Positions 46,983-60,329 of a stretch of 64,000 nucleotides of DNA are shown piece after piece (positions within the stretch are counted from its first letter, which is position 1; every line of letters starts with the position of its first letter). The position numbers and the translations under genes are program-made. The stretch is from Candidatus Spongiihabitans sp. (GTDB lineage: Bacteria > Pseudomonadota > Gammaproteobacteria > Arenicellales > Poriferihabitantaceae), in the NCBI GenBank assembly GCA_965206355.1, contig OZ242212.1:1118814-1182813 (forward strand). Direction: 5' to 3'. A model generated the notes under the pieces. It searched no databases and had not been told where the DNA came from. It worked only from the letters and a program-made list of their open reading frames with translations.

Positions 46983-47700
46983 GGGGCTGTCCTAGATAAC
47001 ACTGAAAGAGTGCTATCATGGGATCAATGAGAAAGAGTCGTTTAAGCCGTTATAAACAAGGTCGTCTTATTGAGCATTTTGTGTCGGGTTCAACCGCCCG
47101 CACGGCAGCATTGCTGGTTGGGATCAACAAGTCCACATCGGCGTATTTTTATCACCAGTTGCGCGAGATTATCGCATATGAGCTTGAACAAGAAAGCCAT
47201 GAGGTTTTTGACGGGGAGATTGAAGTCGATGAAAGTTATTTTGGCGGTGGTCGCAAAGGCAAACGAGGTCGGGGAGCGGCGGGGAAAATCCCGGTGTTTG
47301 GCTTACTCAAACGGGGCGGGAAGGTTTACGCCAAGATTATCCCGGATGCTTGTTCAGCAACCTTGATGCCAATTATTGAGCGTAAAGTGGTTCCGGACAG
47401 CATCGTTTATTCCGACTGTTGGAGCGGTTATAATGTGCTGGACGTGAGCGATTTCAAGCACCACCGCATCAACCATTCCCAACGCTTCGCGGAGCAGGGG
47501 AATCACATCAACGGCATTGAGAACTTTTGGAGTCAGGCGAAGCGTCATATGCACAAATTCAACGGTGTTCCCAAGGCGCATTTTGGGCTGTTTTTGAAGG
47601 AGTGCGAGTGGCGTTTTAACAACAGCGACCCAATATCTCAATTATTTCAATTAAAACAATGGGTTGGAGTTCATTTAAACTAGTTATCTAGGACAGCCCC
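46983..47700 (+). mobile_element. IS1595-family insertion sequence (ISXO2-like), apparently intact
   Basis: 718 bp. Perfect 18-bp TIRs ggggctgtcctagataac / gttatctaggacagcccc. 8-bp TSD tataattt at 46975-46982 and 47701-47708. A single transposase ORF. Confidence 0.92.
47018..47683 (+). CDS. IS1595-family transposase (DDE, ISXO2-like)
   Basis: 221 aa. GEIEVDESYFGG..KGKRGRGAAGKIPVFGLLKRGGKVYAKII, YSDCWSGYNVL and INGIENFWSQAKRHM are typical ISXO2-like transposase segments. Confidence 0.9.
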   Translation: MGSMRKSRLSRYKQGRLIEHFVSGSTARTAALLVGINKSTSAYFYHQLREIIAYELEQESHEVFDGEIEVDESYFGGGRKGKRGRGAAGKIPVFGLLKRGGKVYAKIIPDACSATLMPIIERKVVPDSIVYSDCWSGYNVLDVSDFKHHRINHSQRFAEQGNHINGIENFWSQAKRHMHKFNGVPKAHFGLFLKECEWRFNNSDPISQLFQLKQWVGVHLN

Positions 47701-47715
47701 TATAATTTTTCGCTC

Positions 47716-49794
47716 ATGATAGAACGTGGTTGCCCCGCCCCGCTGGGGGCGTGCTGGGATGGTGAGGGGGTGAATTTTGCGTTGTATTCATCGCTTGCCG
47801 AGCGGGTTGAGTTGTGTCTGTTTGATAAAGCGGGGCTTGAGACAGCACGCTTCGTTTTACCCGCTCAGGATGATGATATCTGGCACGGTTACTTGCCGGA
47901 CTGCAAACCGGGTCAGTGTTATGGTTATCGCGTCCACGGACAATATACGCCGACACAAGGTCTTCGCTGCAACGCCAACAAGTTGCTGATTGATCCTTAT
48001 GCACGTGCTTTGAAGGGGGGGATGTCCTGGTCACCCGCTGTGTTTGATTTTGACCCGAACAGTCCTGCCGAGGAGATGCAGACCAGTACTCTGGACAGCG
48101 CATCTTGTGTGCCGAAATGCGTGGTAACTGCCACACAAAATGACCAGTCGCTTTCACGACCGCGCATTCCCTGGTCAAAAACCATTATTTATGAGACCAA
48201 CGTACGTGGTTTCACTATGCGCCACCCGGCAGTTTCAGAATCTGATCGGGGAAAATTCCGCGCTATGTGTCATGCCGAGATACTGGACTATCTCAAAGCA
48301 TTGGGCATTACCACCATTGAGCTGATGCCGGTGCATGCTTTTATTGACGAGGGTTGTCTGGTGAAACGGCAACTGCGGAATTTCTGGGGCTACAACAGTA
48401 TCAATTTTTTCACCCCCGAAGCGCGTTATGCGGATGGCAACGCTATTTACGAATTCCGAGAAATGATCAATGCCATTCACGATGCTGGCATTGAAGTGAT
48501 TCTTGACGTGGTTTACAACCACACCGCTGAAAGCGACCAGCATGGTCCGACACTGAGTTTTCGGGGCATTGACAATCTCACTTATTACCAAACACGGCCG
48601 CATAATCCGGGGCATTACCTCAACCACAGCGGTTGCGGGAATACCCTGAATGTTGAGCATCCGCGCGTTCAAGAGCTGATACTTGACAGTCTCAGGTATT
48701 GGCATCAGCAAATGGGGGTGGATGGCTTCCGTTTCGACCTCGCACCAGTGCTGGGCAGAAACAACGCGTGTTTTGACTCCGACCATCCCTTGCTCAAGAG
48801 CATCAGCAACGATGACCTTCTCAAGGGCATCAAGTTAATTGCCGAACCCTGGGACCTTGCTGCAGACGGCTATCAACTGGGGCAGTTCCCGCGCGCATGG
48901 GCAGAATGGAATGATCGCTATCGGGACAGTGTGCGGCGCTTCTGGCGTGGTGATTTCGGGGAAAGCGGCGAGCTTGCCAGACGTTTGCACGGCTCCGCCG
49001 ACCTGTTTGAAGCGGGTGGACGTAGCGCAAACGCCAGCATCAACTTGATTACTAGCCATGATGGCTTCAGCCTGACCGATGTGGTGAGCTATGAATCCAG
49101 ACACAATCTGGACAATGGCGAGGACAACCGTGATGGTCATACACTTAATCTCAGTCGCAACTACGGAATTGAGGGCGAAACCAGCAACCACACCATCAAC
49201 CAGCTACGTCGCCGACAACGATTGAATATGCTCGCCACCTTACTGCTATCACAAGGCACACCGATGTTACTGGCAGGTGATGAATTTGGCAACTCACAAC
49301 GTGGCAATAACAATGCTTACGCACAAGATAACGAGATTGGTTGGCTCGACTGGAGCGGGCTGCTAACCGATGCCGATTTTCAAACACAGGTACGCAAACT
49401 GATTGCGCTACGACTCGACACCACTTTACTAAGACAGCAACAGTACCTGCACAGTCAGTCATCAGATGTAAAAGGACAGTCGGTCATAAGCTGGCTCACA
49501 GCGGATAGCAAGCAAATGATGCCAGCGGATTGGCAACAGACACAAACCCTAACCGTCATCATCAGCCATCTCAACAACCACAAAACCCCGCCAGATCAAA
49601 CCCAATCCATCGCCATTATGCTGAACGCATCCGCATCAACAACCCATTTCACGCTACCCCAAGCATCACCGCACAATACCTGGTTGCTGGCATTCAGTAG
49701 CAGCGACACACCCGCAAACCCACTCGGTAACCATATCTGGCAACTCCAGAATTCATCCATTACCTGTCTGCGTCAGTGTCGTCAATGCCGGTAA
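47716..49794 (+). CDS. glgX: Glycogen debranching enzyme
   Basis: 692 aa. N-terminal PLGACWDGEGVNFALYS, and GH13 motifs (DVVYNHT, GFRFDLA, AEPWD, ITSHDGF). Confidence 0.93.
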   Translation: MIERGCPAPLGACWDGEGVNFALYSSLAERVELCLFDKAGLETARFVLPAQDDDIWHGYLPDCKPGQCYGYRVHGQYTPTQGLRCNANKLLIDPYARALKGGMSWSPAVFDFDPNSPAEEMQTSTLDSASCVPKCVVTATQNDQSLSRPRIPWSKTIIYETNVRGFTMRHPAVSESDRGKFRAMCHAEILDYLKALGITTIELMPVHAFIDEGCLVKRQLRNFWGYNSINFFTPEARYADGNAIYEFREMINAIHDAGIEVILDVVYNHTAESDQHGPTLSFRGIDNLTYYQTRPHNPGHYLNHSGCGNTLNVEHPRVQELILDSLRYWHQQMGVDGFRFDLAPVLGRNNACFDSDHPLLKSISNDDLLKGIKLIAEPWDLAADGYQLGQFPRAWAEWNDRYRDSVRRFWRGDFGESGELARRLHGSADLFEAGGRSANASINLITSHDGFSLTDVVSYESRHNLDNGEDNRDGHTLNLSRNYGIEGETSNHTINQLRRRQRLNMLATLLLSQGTPMLLAGDEFGNSQRGNNNAYAQDNEIGWLDWSGLLTDADFQTQVRKLIALRLDTTLLRQQQYLHSQSSDVKGQSVISWLTADSKQMMPADWQQTQTLTVIISHLNNHKTPPDQTQSIAIMLNASASTTHFTLPQASPHNTWLLAFSSSDTPANPLGNHIWQLQNSSITCLRQCRQCR

Positions 49795-50196
49795 TGTCCT
49801 GCCCTTAGCAAGAGGAAGTAGCCATACAAAGAGGATGATAGGTGGCAGCTATCTTCATGATTTTTTACAGAAATACACCAATCAAATAATGCCGATAGGA
49901 TCAAAAATATATCCGTCTCCACGATCTTATCCTTTTACATCTACGTTCAGCGACGGTCATACTCTACACTTCAAAAGCATGGTCAATCAACAAAACAACC
50001 GAATAAATAGGCACAATATATTGCTTACATCGGCTGATTGATAAGTTGGATTTTCGCACAGGAAGCCATGCTTGTCAGGGTGGATCGCCGTTCATTTTCG
50101 GGCAAAAATGCTAATATCAACGCCAATGAATCACAGACTGAAAAAATCTGACAGAATGGTTTAAAATCCAAATTTATATAAATCACTGAAATTATT

Positions 50197-51159
50197 ATGA
50201 GTATTGATTATCTCGAATTTGAGAAACCTATCGCTGAGTTACAGGAGAAAATTACCGAGTTACAGAGAGTCAGTTCGGGAGGTGCAGTCAATCTGGATGC
50301 GGAAATCAACCGGCTTCGTGTCAAGAGTCGCCGACTGACGAAAGAGATATTCTCGAAACTTGATGCCTGGCAGATTACCCAGATCGCTCGCCATCCCTTG
50401 CGACCCTACACACTGGATTATATCAACCGAATTGTGACCAATTTTCAAGAGTTGCATGGTGACAGAATGTATGCGGATGATCCTGCCATAGTAACTGGAT
50501 TGGGGTGGATTGGTGGTCATCGAGTTGCCATTATTGGGCATCAGAAAGGTAGAGATACCAAAGAACGTACCCACCGCAATTTTGGTATGTCAAGACCAGA
50601 GGGCTACCGTAAAGCGCAGCGGATAATGCGACTGGCAGAGCGCTTTCATCTTGCGCTTGTCACCTTTATTGACACTCCGGGTGCTTATCCCGGAGTAGGT
50701 GCTGAGGAAAGGGGGCAAAGTCAGGCGATTGCACAATCTATTGAAGTGATGACCACTCTGAAAACACCTATCATTTCTGTGGTCATCGGTGAGGGGGGAT
50801 CTGGCGGTGCGCTTGCAATCGGGGTTTGCGATAAATTGCTGATGTTGGAATATTCCACCTATTCGGTAATCTCGCCTGAAGGCTGTGCCTCTATTTTGTG
50901 GAAGAGCGCGGAGAAGGCTGTCGAGGCGGCTACAGCGATGCGTGTTACTACGCCGGAAATTGCAAAAGTGGGCTTGGTGGATGGCGTTATTAGCGAGCCT
51001 GCGGGTGGCGCACATCGCGATTATGATGAAACAGCACTATCGGTCAAAGACCGCATTATTGACACGTTGCGCGAGTTTGAGAATATCAATAATGAACAAC
51101 TACTTGAAAACCGCTATACGCGACTTATGAATCTGGGGAGATTTGAAATTAAAAATTAA
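50197..51159 (+). CDS. accA: Acetyl-CoA carboxylase carboxyltransferase alpha subunit
   Basis: 320 aa. [14 protein letters not shown]..., RPYTLDYI and [19 protein letters not shown] are canonical AccA. Confidence 0.96.
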   Translation: MSIDYLEFEKPIAELQEKITELQRVSSGGAVNLDAEINRLRVKSRRLTKEIFSKLDAWQITQIARHPLRPYTLDYINRIVTNFQELHGDRMYADDPAIVTGLGWIGGHRVAIIGHQKGRDTKERTHRNFGMSRPEGYRKAQRIMRLAERFHLALVTFIDTPGAYPGVGAEERGQSQAIAQSIEVMTTLKTPIISVVIGEGGSGGALAIGVCDKLLMLEYSTYSVISPEGCASILWKSAEKAVEAATAMRVTTPEIAKVGLVDGVISEPAGGAHRDYDETALSVKDRIIDTLREFENINNEQLLENRYTRLMNLGRFEIKN

Positions 51160-52576
51160 GTCGCCTACCGCCGCATTTCCCGCTACTGAATTTTCCGTTC
51201 AGGCACTAGCGGGAATTTTATTTGAACACTTTGGCTTGGCAAAAAATACCCGATTTGTCGTTGCTTATAGTGGTGGTTGCGATTCGCAAGTTTTGTTGCA
51301 TGGGCTGGCATTGTTGCGCAAGCAAACGAACATTGATGTGGTTGCGGCGCACTTTGATCATGGATTGCAGGTGCAATCGAGACTATGGGCGCGGCAATGT
51401 AAACATTGGTGCAGTGAGCTTGAGGTAGAGTTTGTGGCTGTTCGTCGGCTTGTTGTTAGCGAGCGCGGGCAAAGCATAGAGGCTAATGCGCGGAATGCCC
51501 GATACCTTTGGCTTGATGAAATTTCCCAGTCACGACAGGTAGTGGTCAGTGCACATCATGCGGATGATCAGGCGGAAACGTTTTTATTGCATTTGTTTCA
51601 GGGAAAAGAGCTTGCACAACTTGCCGGAGTCGCACCGGCAAGGTCATTGGTTCACGGCTCGAAAACCGTATTGATTCGTCCATTGCTGCCATTTAGCAGA
51701 GCGCAATTACTGGATTATGCCCGACTCAAAAAACTGCAATGGATTGAGGATCCGATGAATCGTGATTTACGCTTTTATCGGAATTATATTCGTCATAGGT
51801 TAATGCCTGTGCTTGCTCAGCGATCGCCTGGTATAGTGGGCGCACTAAATCGGGCAGCCGCTTGCTGTCGCCGAATTGACGAACGCGACCGTGCCACATT
51901 ATCGGCATGCTATGAAAACTTCTGTTGCCCGAAATCCGCAGGGGTTTTTTGTCTGACCATGCCATTGAACCTGCAACACCTTAATCTGCGGCTGCTGGAT
52001 GACAATACTGTGTTGATCGGATTGATTCGTTACTGGATTCACCGTGCCGGTTATGCCTCGCCTTCACAGGGGCAGTTGGCGACACTGTGTCAACAAATTG
52101 TCGCGCAACGGACCACACAGGCAACCCTCAATTTTAATGGTCTAGTAGTACGCTATTATAATCGCCATTTATATCTGACCAAATTGATGCCGCTCCGAAC
52201 GTCCCGAATGCCCCGAATTTATTGTGCTAATCCCTGGGATATGCAGATAATTCACATTCCGCAATATGGTATCACAGTGAAAATAGTCGGCACGACATCG
52301 GCACAGACAATGCGACATACCTTGCCACAGGGGGAAATCCATTTGTGCTGGCGTAAGGGAGGTGAGCGAGTGCGTCTACATAATCGACAGCACCATTCTT
52401 CGTTGAAGAAATTATTTCAGGCGAATGATGTGCTGCCTTGGGAACGGGATTGCCTACCTTTTCTGACCATCAATGATGAAATTGCCTGGGTTCATGGTAT
52501 CGGTGGGTTGGGAGAATATATGACAACGTTGAATAATATCGGACTCCATCTGCAATTTTCGTTGATAAATGATTGA
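51143..52576 (+). CDS. tilS: tRNA(Ile)-lysidine synthase
   Basis: The PP-loop [13 protein letters not shown] lies near the N-terminus, and the protein has a TilS C-terminal domain. The start is uncertain: a TTG at 51143 overlaps the accA end, and there is no in-frame ATG upstream of the PP-loop. Confidence 0.85.
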   Translation: MKLKIKSPTAAFPATEFSVQALAGILFEHFGLAKNTRFVVAYSGGCDSQVLLHGLALLRKQTNIDVVAAHFDHGLQVQSRLWARQCKHWCSELEVEFVAVRRLVVSERGQSIEANARNARYLWLDEISQSRQVVVSAHHADDQAETFLLHLFQGKELAQLAGVAPARSLVHGSKTVLIRPLLPFSRAQLLDYARLKKLQWIEDPMNRDLRFYRNYIRHRLMPVLAQRSPGIVGALNRAAACCRRIDERDRATLSACYENFCCPKSAGVFCLTMPLNLQHLNLRLLDDNTVLIGLIRYWIHRAGYASPSQGQLATLCQQIVAQRTTQATLNFNGLVVRYYNRHLYLTKLMPLRTSRMPRIYCANPWDMQIIHIPQYGITVKIVGTTSAQTMRHTLPQGEIHLCWRKGGERVRLHNRQHHSSLKKLFQANDVLPWERDCLPFLTINDEIAWVHGIGGLGEYMTTLNNIGLHLQFSLIND

Positions 52577-52696
52577 GAGTTGTGCCTGTATTTGGTAGTC
52601 TGTTTTCCTGTCAGGGAAACAGTATCTGTGCTATCTCCTCATTTTGCTTTTTTGCGCTTCAATTTGGTGAGGAGGGTTGTTTTTCAGGCTTGATGA

Positions 52697-54388
<1,692 letters not shown>

Positions 54389-54428
54389 TGTCCCCTATAC
54401 CCCCTGATACCCCATTGATAACTAACTG

Positions 54429-55283
54429 ATGATACCGCTATTTGAGACAAACCGAGACAAGCCTTTCTTTTTGATTGCCGGACCTTGCGTCATTGAATCA
54501 GAAGAATTGGCGCTATTGACTGCCGCAACATTAAAAGAAATCACCGGCCGACTCGGCATTGAGTTTGTTTATAAATCTTCATTCGACAAAGCCAATCGTA
54601 CTTCTGCCGATTCACCGCGCGGTCCGGGACGGGATGCCGGATTAGCCATCCTCAACAAAGTCCGGCAACAAATCGAGGTCGCCATATTAACTGATGTCCA
54701 TAGTGTTGCTGATGTTACCGATGCCTCTGAAGTTGTTGATGTTCTGCAAACCCCCGCATTTCTATGTCGCCAAACAGATCTGATTCAAGCAGCAGCGTTA
54801 TCCGGGAAGCCGGTCAACATCAAAAAGGGACAGTTTCTGTCGCCCCATGAAATGCAGCATGTTGTTGATAAAGCGCGCGCTGCTAATCGTGATGCCACGA
54901 TTATGGTCTGCGAACGTGGCTCGAGTTTCGGCTACAACAATCTAGTGGTGGATATGCGTAGTCTGGAAATTATGAAATCGACACAATGTGCAGTCGTGTT
55001 TGATGCCACCCACTCGGTACAGTTGCCCGGTGCTGGTCAGGGAAAACTCAAGGGGAAATCCAGTGGTCAACGAGAATTTGTTCCGGTGTTATCGAAAGCG
55101 GCAGTCGCTGTCGGGGTCGATGGATTATTCATGGAAACCCATCCTCAACCTGATAAGGCGTTTAGCGATGGTCCGAACGCCTGGCCACTTGATCAAATGG
55201 AAAAATTGCTCAAGCAACTGCTTGAAATAGATCGCCTGAGTCGCTTAAATCGCCTCAATAGCAATGCCTGTGACGATGCTTGA
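54429..55283 (+). CDS. kdsA: 2-dehydro-3-deoxyphosphooctonate aldolase (KDO-8-P synthase)
   Basis: 284 aa. [23 protein letters not shown] and [12 protein letters not shown]. Confidence 0.96.
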   Translation: MIPLFETNRDKPFFLIAGPCVIESEELALLTAATLKEITGRLGIEFVYKSSFDKANRTSADSPRGPGRDAGLAILNKVRQQIEVAILTDVHSVADVTDASEVVDVLQTPAFLCRQTDLIQAAALSGKPVNIKKGQFLSPHEMQHVVDKARAANRDATIMVCERGSSFGYNNLVVDMRSLEIMKSTQCAVVFDATHSVQLPGAGQGKLKGKSSGQREFVPVLSKAAVAVGVDGLFMETHPQPDKAFSDGPNAWPLDQMEKLLKQLLEIDRLSRLNRLNSNACDDA

Positions 55284-55421
55284 GATGATGTGGCAGATAA
55301 TCCCAACAAGTGATCATAGCAGCTCAATCAAGATAACTGATATGCGACCTTGGCAATGCTGATAAATCAGTCATTGCTTTTGGGTTATCCTCTCCGCCCA
55401 GAGATTTGACTGTCGTCGTAA

Positions 55422-56771
<1,350 letters not shown>

Positions 56772-56803
56772 CCCGATACGATCAATCTCAGAAAATCAAC
56801 AAA

Positions 56804-57085
56804 ATGCGCATTGCGAAACCGATTAACCTGCTATTGCTGATAACATTTATCGCTGTCCAATATGCGTTGTGGTTCGGGGACAAGAATGTATTTGACTTAT
56901 ATCGTCTGCATCAGACAGCGCAGCAAACCCGATTGCAAAATATCGAAATGGCACAAAGAAACCAGCGTCTTGTTGCCGAGGTTATTGATCTCAAGGAAGG
57001 TGGCGAAACCGTAGAAACTATTGCCCGATCGGAGCTTGGTTTAATAAAAAAACAGGAAACCTTTTACCAGATTATTGAGCAATAA
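56804..57085 (+). CDS. ftsB: Cell division protein FtsB
   Basis: 93 aa with an N-terminal TM helix and a leucine-zipper region. It has the conserved position after eno and ends ...ARSELGLIKKQETFYQII. Confidence 0.88.
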   Translation: MRIAKPINLLLLITFIAVQYALWFGDKNVFDLYRLHQTAQQTRLQNIEMAQRNQRLVAEVIDLKEGGETVETIARSELGLIKKQETFYQIIEQ

Positions 57086-57141
57086 TTAACGCGGGTTATT
57101 GATTTGCCATGAAGCAAATCTGTTTTGCTGATTTTTTAAGT

Positions 57142-57303
57142 GAGACCTTTGCACGGAAGATGATTTCGCTTTTAGGCCAGGCAAAAACGCACGGAATGAG
57201 GGAGTTTATGCTTATAAATGACCGATTGAGTACGATTTTACCAACAGTAGGCGCTTTTAGGCGACGCAGCATGCAGGTGAAATGGCTTTCGTGCAAAGGT
57301 CTC
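57142..57303 (+). mobile_element. MITE copy, long form (162 bp)
   Basis: Perfect TIRs. TSD taagt at 57137-57141 and 57304-57308. Its right end supplies an in-frame ATG (57282) to the csaA-like remnant. Confidence 0.95.
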
Positions 57304-57612
57304 TAAGTGTTGATATTCGTGTCGGCACCGTATTATCTGCCTCGCTAAATCCAAAAGCGCGACAACCAGTGTATGTTATGGAAATAGATTTTGGCGATGA
57401 ATTTGGTATAAAAACAAGCTCGGCGCAGTTGACAGAAAACTATGCCATTGACGATCTTGTTGGCAGGCAGGTTTGCGGAGTAATCAATTTTCCCCCGTTA
57501 TGAGGGTGGCTGGAATTAAGTCCGCAGTGCCTGTTCCGGCAATCTGCGATACACCGGTACGGTTTTAGTCACACCAGACCGGTCGGTTACAAATGGTGGG
57601 CGGTTAGCTTAA
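57304..57612 (+). pseudogene. csaA: CsaA-like tRNA-binding-domain (EMAP/OB-fold) gene, 5'-truncated and frameshifted
   Basis: Frame 1 reads VDIRVGTVLSASLNPKARQPVYVMEIDFGDEFGIKTSSAQLTENYAIDDLVGRQVCGVINFPP and then stops. Frame 2 continues RVAGIKSAV. Frame 3 ends GTVLVTPDRSVTNGGRLA*. Together they align with B. subtilis CsaA from residue 11 or so to the end. At least two frameshifts are present, and about 10 N-terminal codons are replaced by the MITE. Confidence 0.7.
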
Positions 57613-58512
57613 ATGAACACGTTACGCTCCCCCGTTTTTTTCGATTACCTGTTGCTGGTATTGCTGGCGGGTTTGCTTGGTAGCAGTTTTTTACTGATGA
57701 AAGTCGCTGTGGGTAGCGTGCCAATATTATATATCGTGTTTTTCAGATTGTTAGTCGCATTCCTTATTTTATATGCTTTTATGCGACTCAAACATTTTGC
57801 GTTACCCTCATTTCGGGAAAAAGGGTTTTGGAAAACAGCGGTTGTGCTTGGTTTTAGCGCGAATATTATTCCATTTTCACTCATTACTTGGGCAGAACAA
57901 ACAATAGACAGCAATCTGGCAGCCATATATATGGCAACCATTCCTATCTTTACTTTGATAATGGCGCATTGCCTAACCGATGACGAGAAAATATCCGTCA
58001 AAAAATCTATCGGCGTCTGTGTCGCTTTCTTTGGGGTGGTTATTCTACTATGGCAAGAAGCTGGAGATATGACATTCAATTTAATAGCGCAAATTGCTTG
58101 CCTGATCGCCGCTGTCTTTTATGCGTATTCGGGAATCAAGATCAAAAAGCTGGCAAATATCAATCCGGTCGTTATCAGCACAGGCGTATTGTTATGTGGG
58201 GTAGTAGTGATGCTTCCATTTGTCTTATATTTCGAGGATATAACCAATATAACCCCCGCAAACGAAGCTATCCTTGCTATCGTATTACTGGGTGTATTTC
58301 CGACTGCTCTGGCGTTTGTTGTTCTGTGCAAACTCATTGCTGATGTCGGTGCTGTCTATACGACAAACACCAACTATCTTATTCCCATTTTCGCTTTATT
58401 CTGGGGCTACATTTTCCTATCCGAGTTAATCAATGAAAGGATAATAATGGCACTGATGTTTATTATGACTGGTGTGTTTTTGGTTTCACAAAAAAGCATT
58501 GTAAAAAAGTAA
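57613..58512 (+). CDS. EamA/DMT-superfamily transporter
   Basis: 299 aa with ten predicted TM helices in two EamA-like halves. Confidence 0.85.
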   Translation: MNTLRSPVFFDYLLLVLLAGLLGSSFLLMKVAVGSVPILYIVFFRLLVAFLILYAFMRLKHFALPSFREKGFWKTAVVLGFSANIIPFSLITWAEQTIDSNLAAIYMATIPIFTLIMAHCLTDDEKISVKKSIGVCVAFFGVVILLWQEAGDMTFNLIAQIACLIAAVFYAYSGIKIKKLANINPVVISTGVLLCGVVVMLPFVLYFEDITNITPANEAILAIVLLGVFPTALAFVVLCKLIADVGAVYTTNTNYLIPIFALFWGYIFLSELINERIIMALMFIMTGVFLVSQKSIVKK

Positions 58513-58572
58513 GTAATATGAAGCGCACAACGGATCAGACAAGCAATTCCGTTCATTCTGTCTATTCAAGGT

Positions 58573-58711
58573 GAGACCTTTGCACGGAAGATGATTTCGC
58601 TTTCAGGCAAGGCAAAAACGCACGGAATGAGGGAGTTTATGCTTATAAATGACCGATTGAGTACGATTTTAACGCAGCATGCAGGTGAAATGGCTTTCGT
58701 GCAAAGGTCTC
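58573..58711 (+). mobile_element. MITE copy, short form (139 bp)
   Basis: Perfect TIRs. TSD aaggt at 58568-58572 and 58712-58716. Sits between convergent genes. Confidence 0.95.
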
Positions 58712-58745
58712 AAGGTAATGTTTTTATCCGGGTTGTTAGGGTCTA

Positions 58746-59786
58746 TTACGGAATTTCATAAGGCAGGGCAATGCGTTTCAGCTTTGCGCCCGTTACCGAA
58801 CCGATCATCAAATCACCCGCTTCAACCATGCCCGCCGGAACCATGGCGGATAATTGAAACTGATTATCTGCGGTTTTAACGGCATCAACCACCATACCCG
58901 ATTTCTGCACGGCTTGGCTTTGCACGGCTTGACTCTGACTGACTCGACTATAAATAGCATCACCGGGCGCAATGTTATGGTTTGATGCTACAGTGGCAAT
59001 AATCAGACGTTGTTTAGGGTGGCCCAAATGTTTTATTCTGGCAATAATTTCCTGCCCTGGAAAACAGCCTTTCCTGAAGCTGATGCCATCCACCAATTCC
59101 AGATTTATCGACTGCGGGATAAAGGTTTCAACGGTTTTCGCATAGATTTGAGGGATGCCAGATCGAATATCCAGCCACCGCCAAAAATCGCAATGCAATC
59201 GTGGTATGCTCTTGATTATGCTGTGGTTGGAGTCGGCAATAATCAGATGCCTGGGCACGATTGCATCAACCCGATAACAAAAACAACCAGAATCTTGTCT
59301 GCTTTGTCCGATTATCTCTTGCACTTTCTCCCCGCTCATTGCCCCTGTCATCCCCAACAATACATAACCGCTATCCGGCTCAATGGTCACTTTCGAGCGC
59401 ATGACAAACATTTTTAAGCGTCTGATTAGTGAATTGCTTATATCCTTAGGGACTATCATCCAGAACTCTTTACGCTTGCCCTCGTTCTCATTATTGGCCT
59501 GCTTATTAGTTTGGTCATTAGCGATGAGGCGGACAACCGCCAGACTCCTGCCCTTGCGATTACAATAGCTATGCAGTTGGCAGTGCTGTCTGCCCAGCGT
59601 CTTGAGATCATTACTGAACTGCCTTTGTAGAAAAGACTGCGCGTCATCGCCGCTAACCTGAATCAGATCGAGATGGGAAAGATCAATTAGATGATTGTGT
59701 GCCGAGCTACCCGCGACAATCGACTCCAGATCCATGCTCTCAAGACGAATCAGCGCAGAAGAATTATAGGGTTGTGATGATGTCAT
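58746..59786 (-). CDS. ygfZ: Folate-binding Fe-S cluster repair / tRNA-modification protein YgfZ
   Basis: 346 aa. The signature is FRKGCFPGQEIIARIKHLG (the K-G-C-[YF]-x-G-Q-E motif of the YgfZ/GcvT-like family). Confidence 0.85.
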   Translation of the reverse strand: MTSSQPYNSSALIRLESMDLESIVAGSSAHNHLIDLSHLDLIQVSGDDAQSFLQRQFSNDLKTLGRQHCQLHSYCNRKGRSLAVVRLIANDQTNKQANNENEGKRKEFWMIVPKDISNSLIRRLKMFVMRSKVTIEPDSGYVLLGMTGAMSGEKVQEIIGQSRQDSGCFCYRVDAIVPRHLIIADSNHSIIKSIPRLHCDFWRWLDIRSGIPQIYAKTVETFIPQSINLELVDGISFRKGCFPGQEIIARIKHLGHPKQRLIIATVASNHNIAPGDAIYSRVSQSQAVQSQAVQKSGMVVDAVKTADNQFQLSAMVPAGMVEAGDLMIGSVTGAKLKRIALPYEIP

Positions 59787-59978
59787 TATTGCGGATATTG
59801 AAAGTGTTTATATAAGCTCAAGTGCTGTCCTGTTTGGGGATTTAATTCTAACACCGCTTAATCGGAAAGAATATATCTCTATGCGGGTTCAACAGGTCGT
59901 TGGATAGTATCTATTAAAAACCACTGGGTGGCGATAATTAACACGATTGTTGTGATACGAGAGGGTTGGTATTTCATC

Positions 59979-60140
59979 GAGACCTTTGCACGGAAGATGA
60001 TTTCGCTTTCAGGTAAGGCAAAAACGCACGGAATGAGGGAGTTTATGCTTATAAATGACCGATTGAGTACGATTTTACCAACAGTAGGCGCTTTTAGGCG
60101 ACGCAGCATGCAGGTGAAATGGCTTTCGTGCAAAGGTCTC
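59979..60140 (+). mobile_element. MITE copy, long form (162 bp)
   Basis: Perfect TIRs, but flanks tcatc/atttt do not match (no TSD). Lies in the ygfZ/ppc divergent region. Confidence 0.93.
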
Positions 60141-60329
60141 ATTTTATATTACCCTTCTGCTACCTTTGCTAGGGGAGGAATTTGCTTATTCTCCATCCTT
60201 CCGCGATTAGATAAGCTGAACTAATTATTATCAACCACAGAATTTATCAATCAAACAGATGAATAGCGGTATTGCCAACACTACTCGTATAAAATACGGC
60301 ATCTTCTTTGTCAACATGGTCAATTACCT

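Noticed and set aside
47714-48178. 154-aa minus-strand ORF at the 5' end of glgX
   Set aside because: It is antisense to strongly conserved GlgX sequence and would start inside the IS flank. No domain support.
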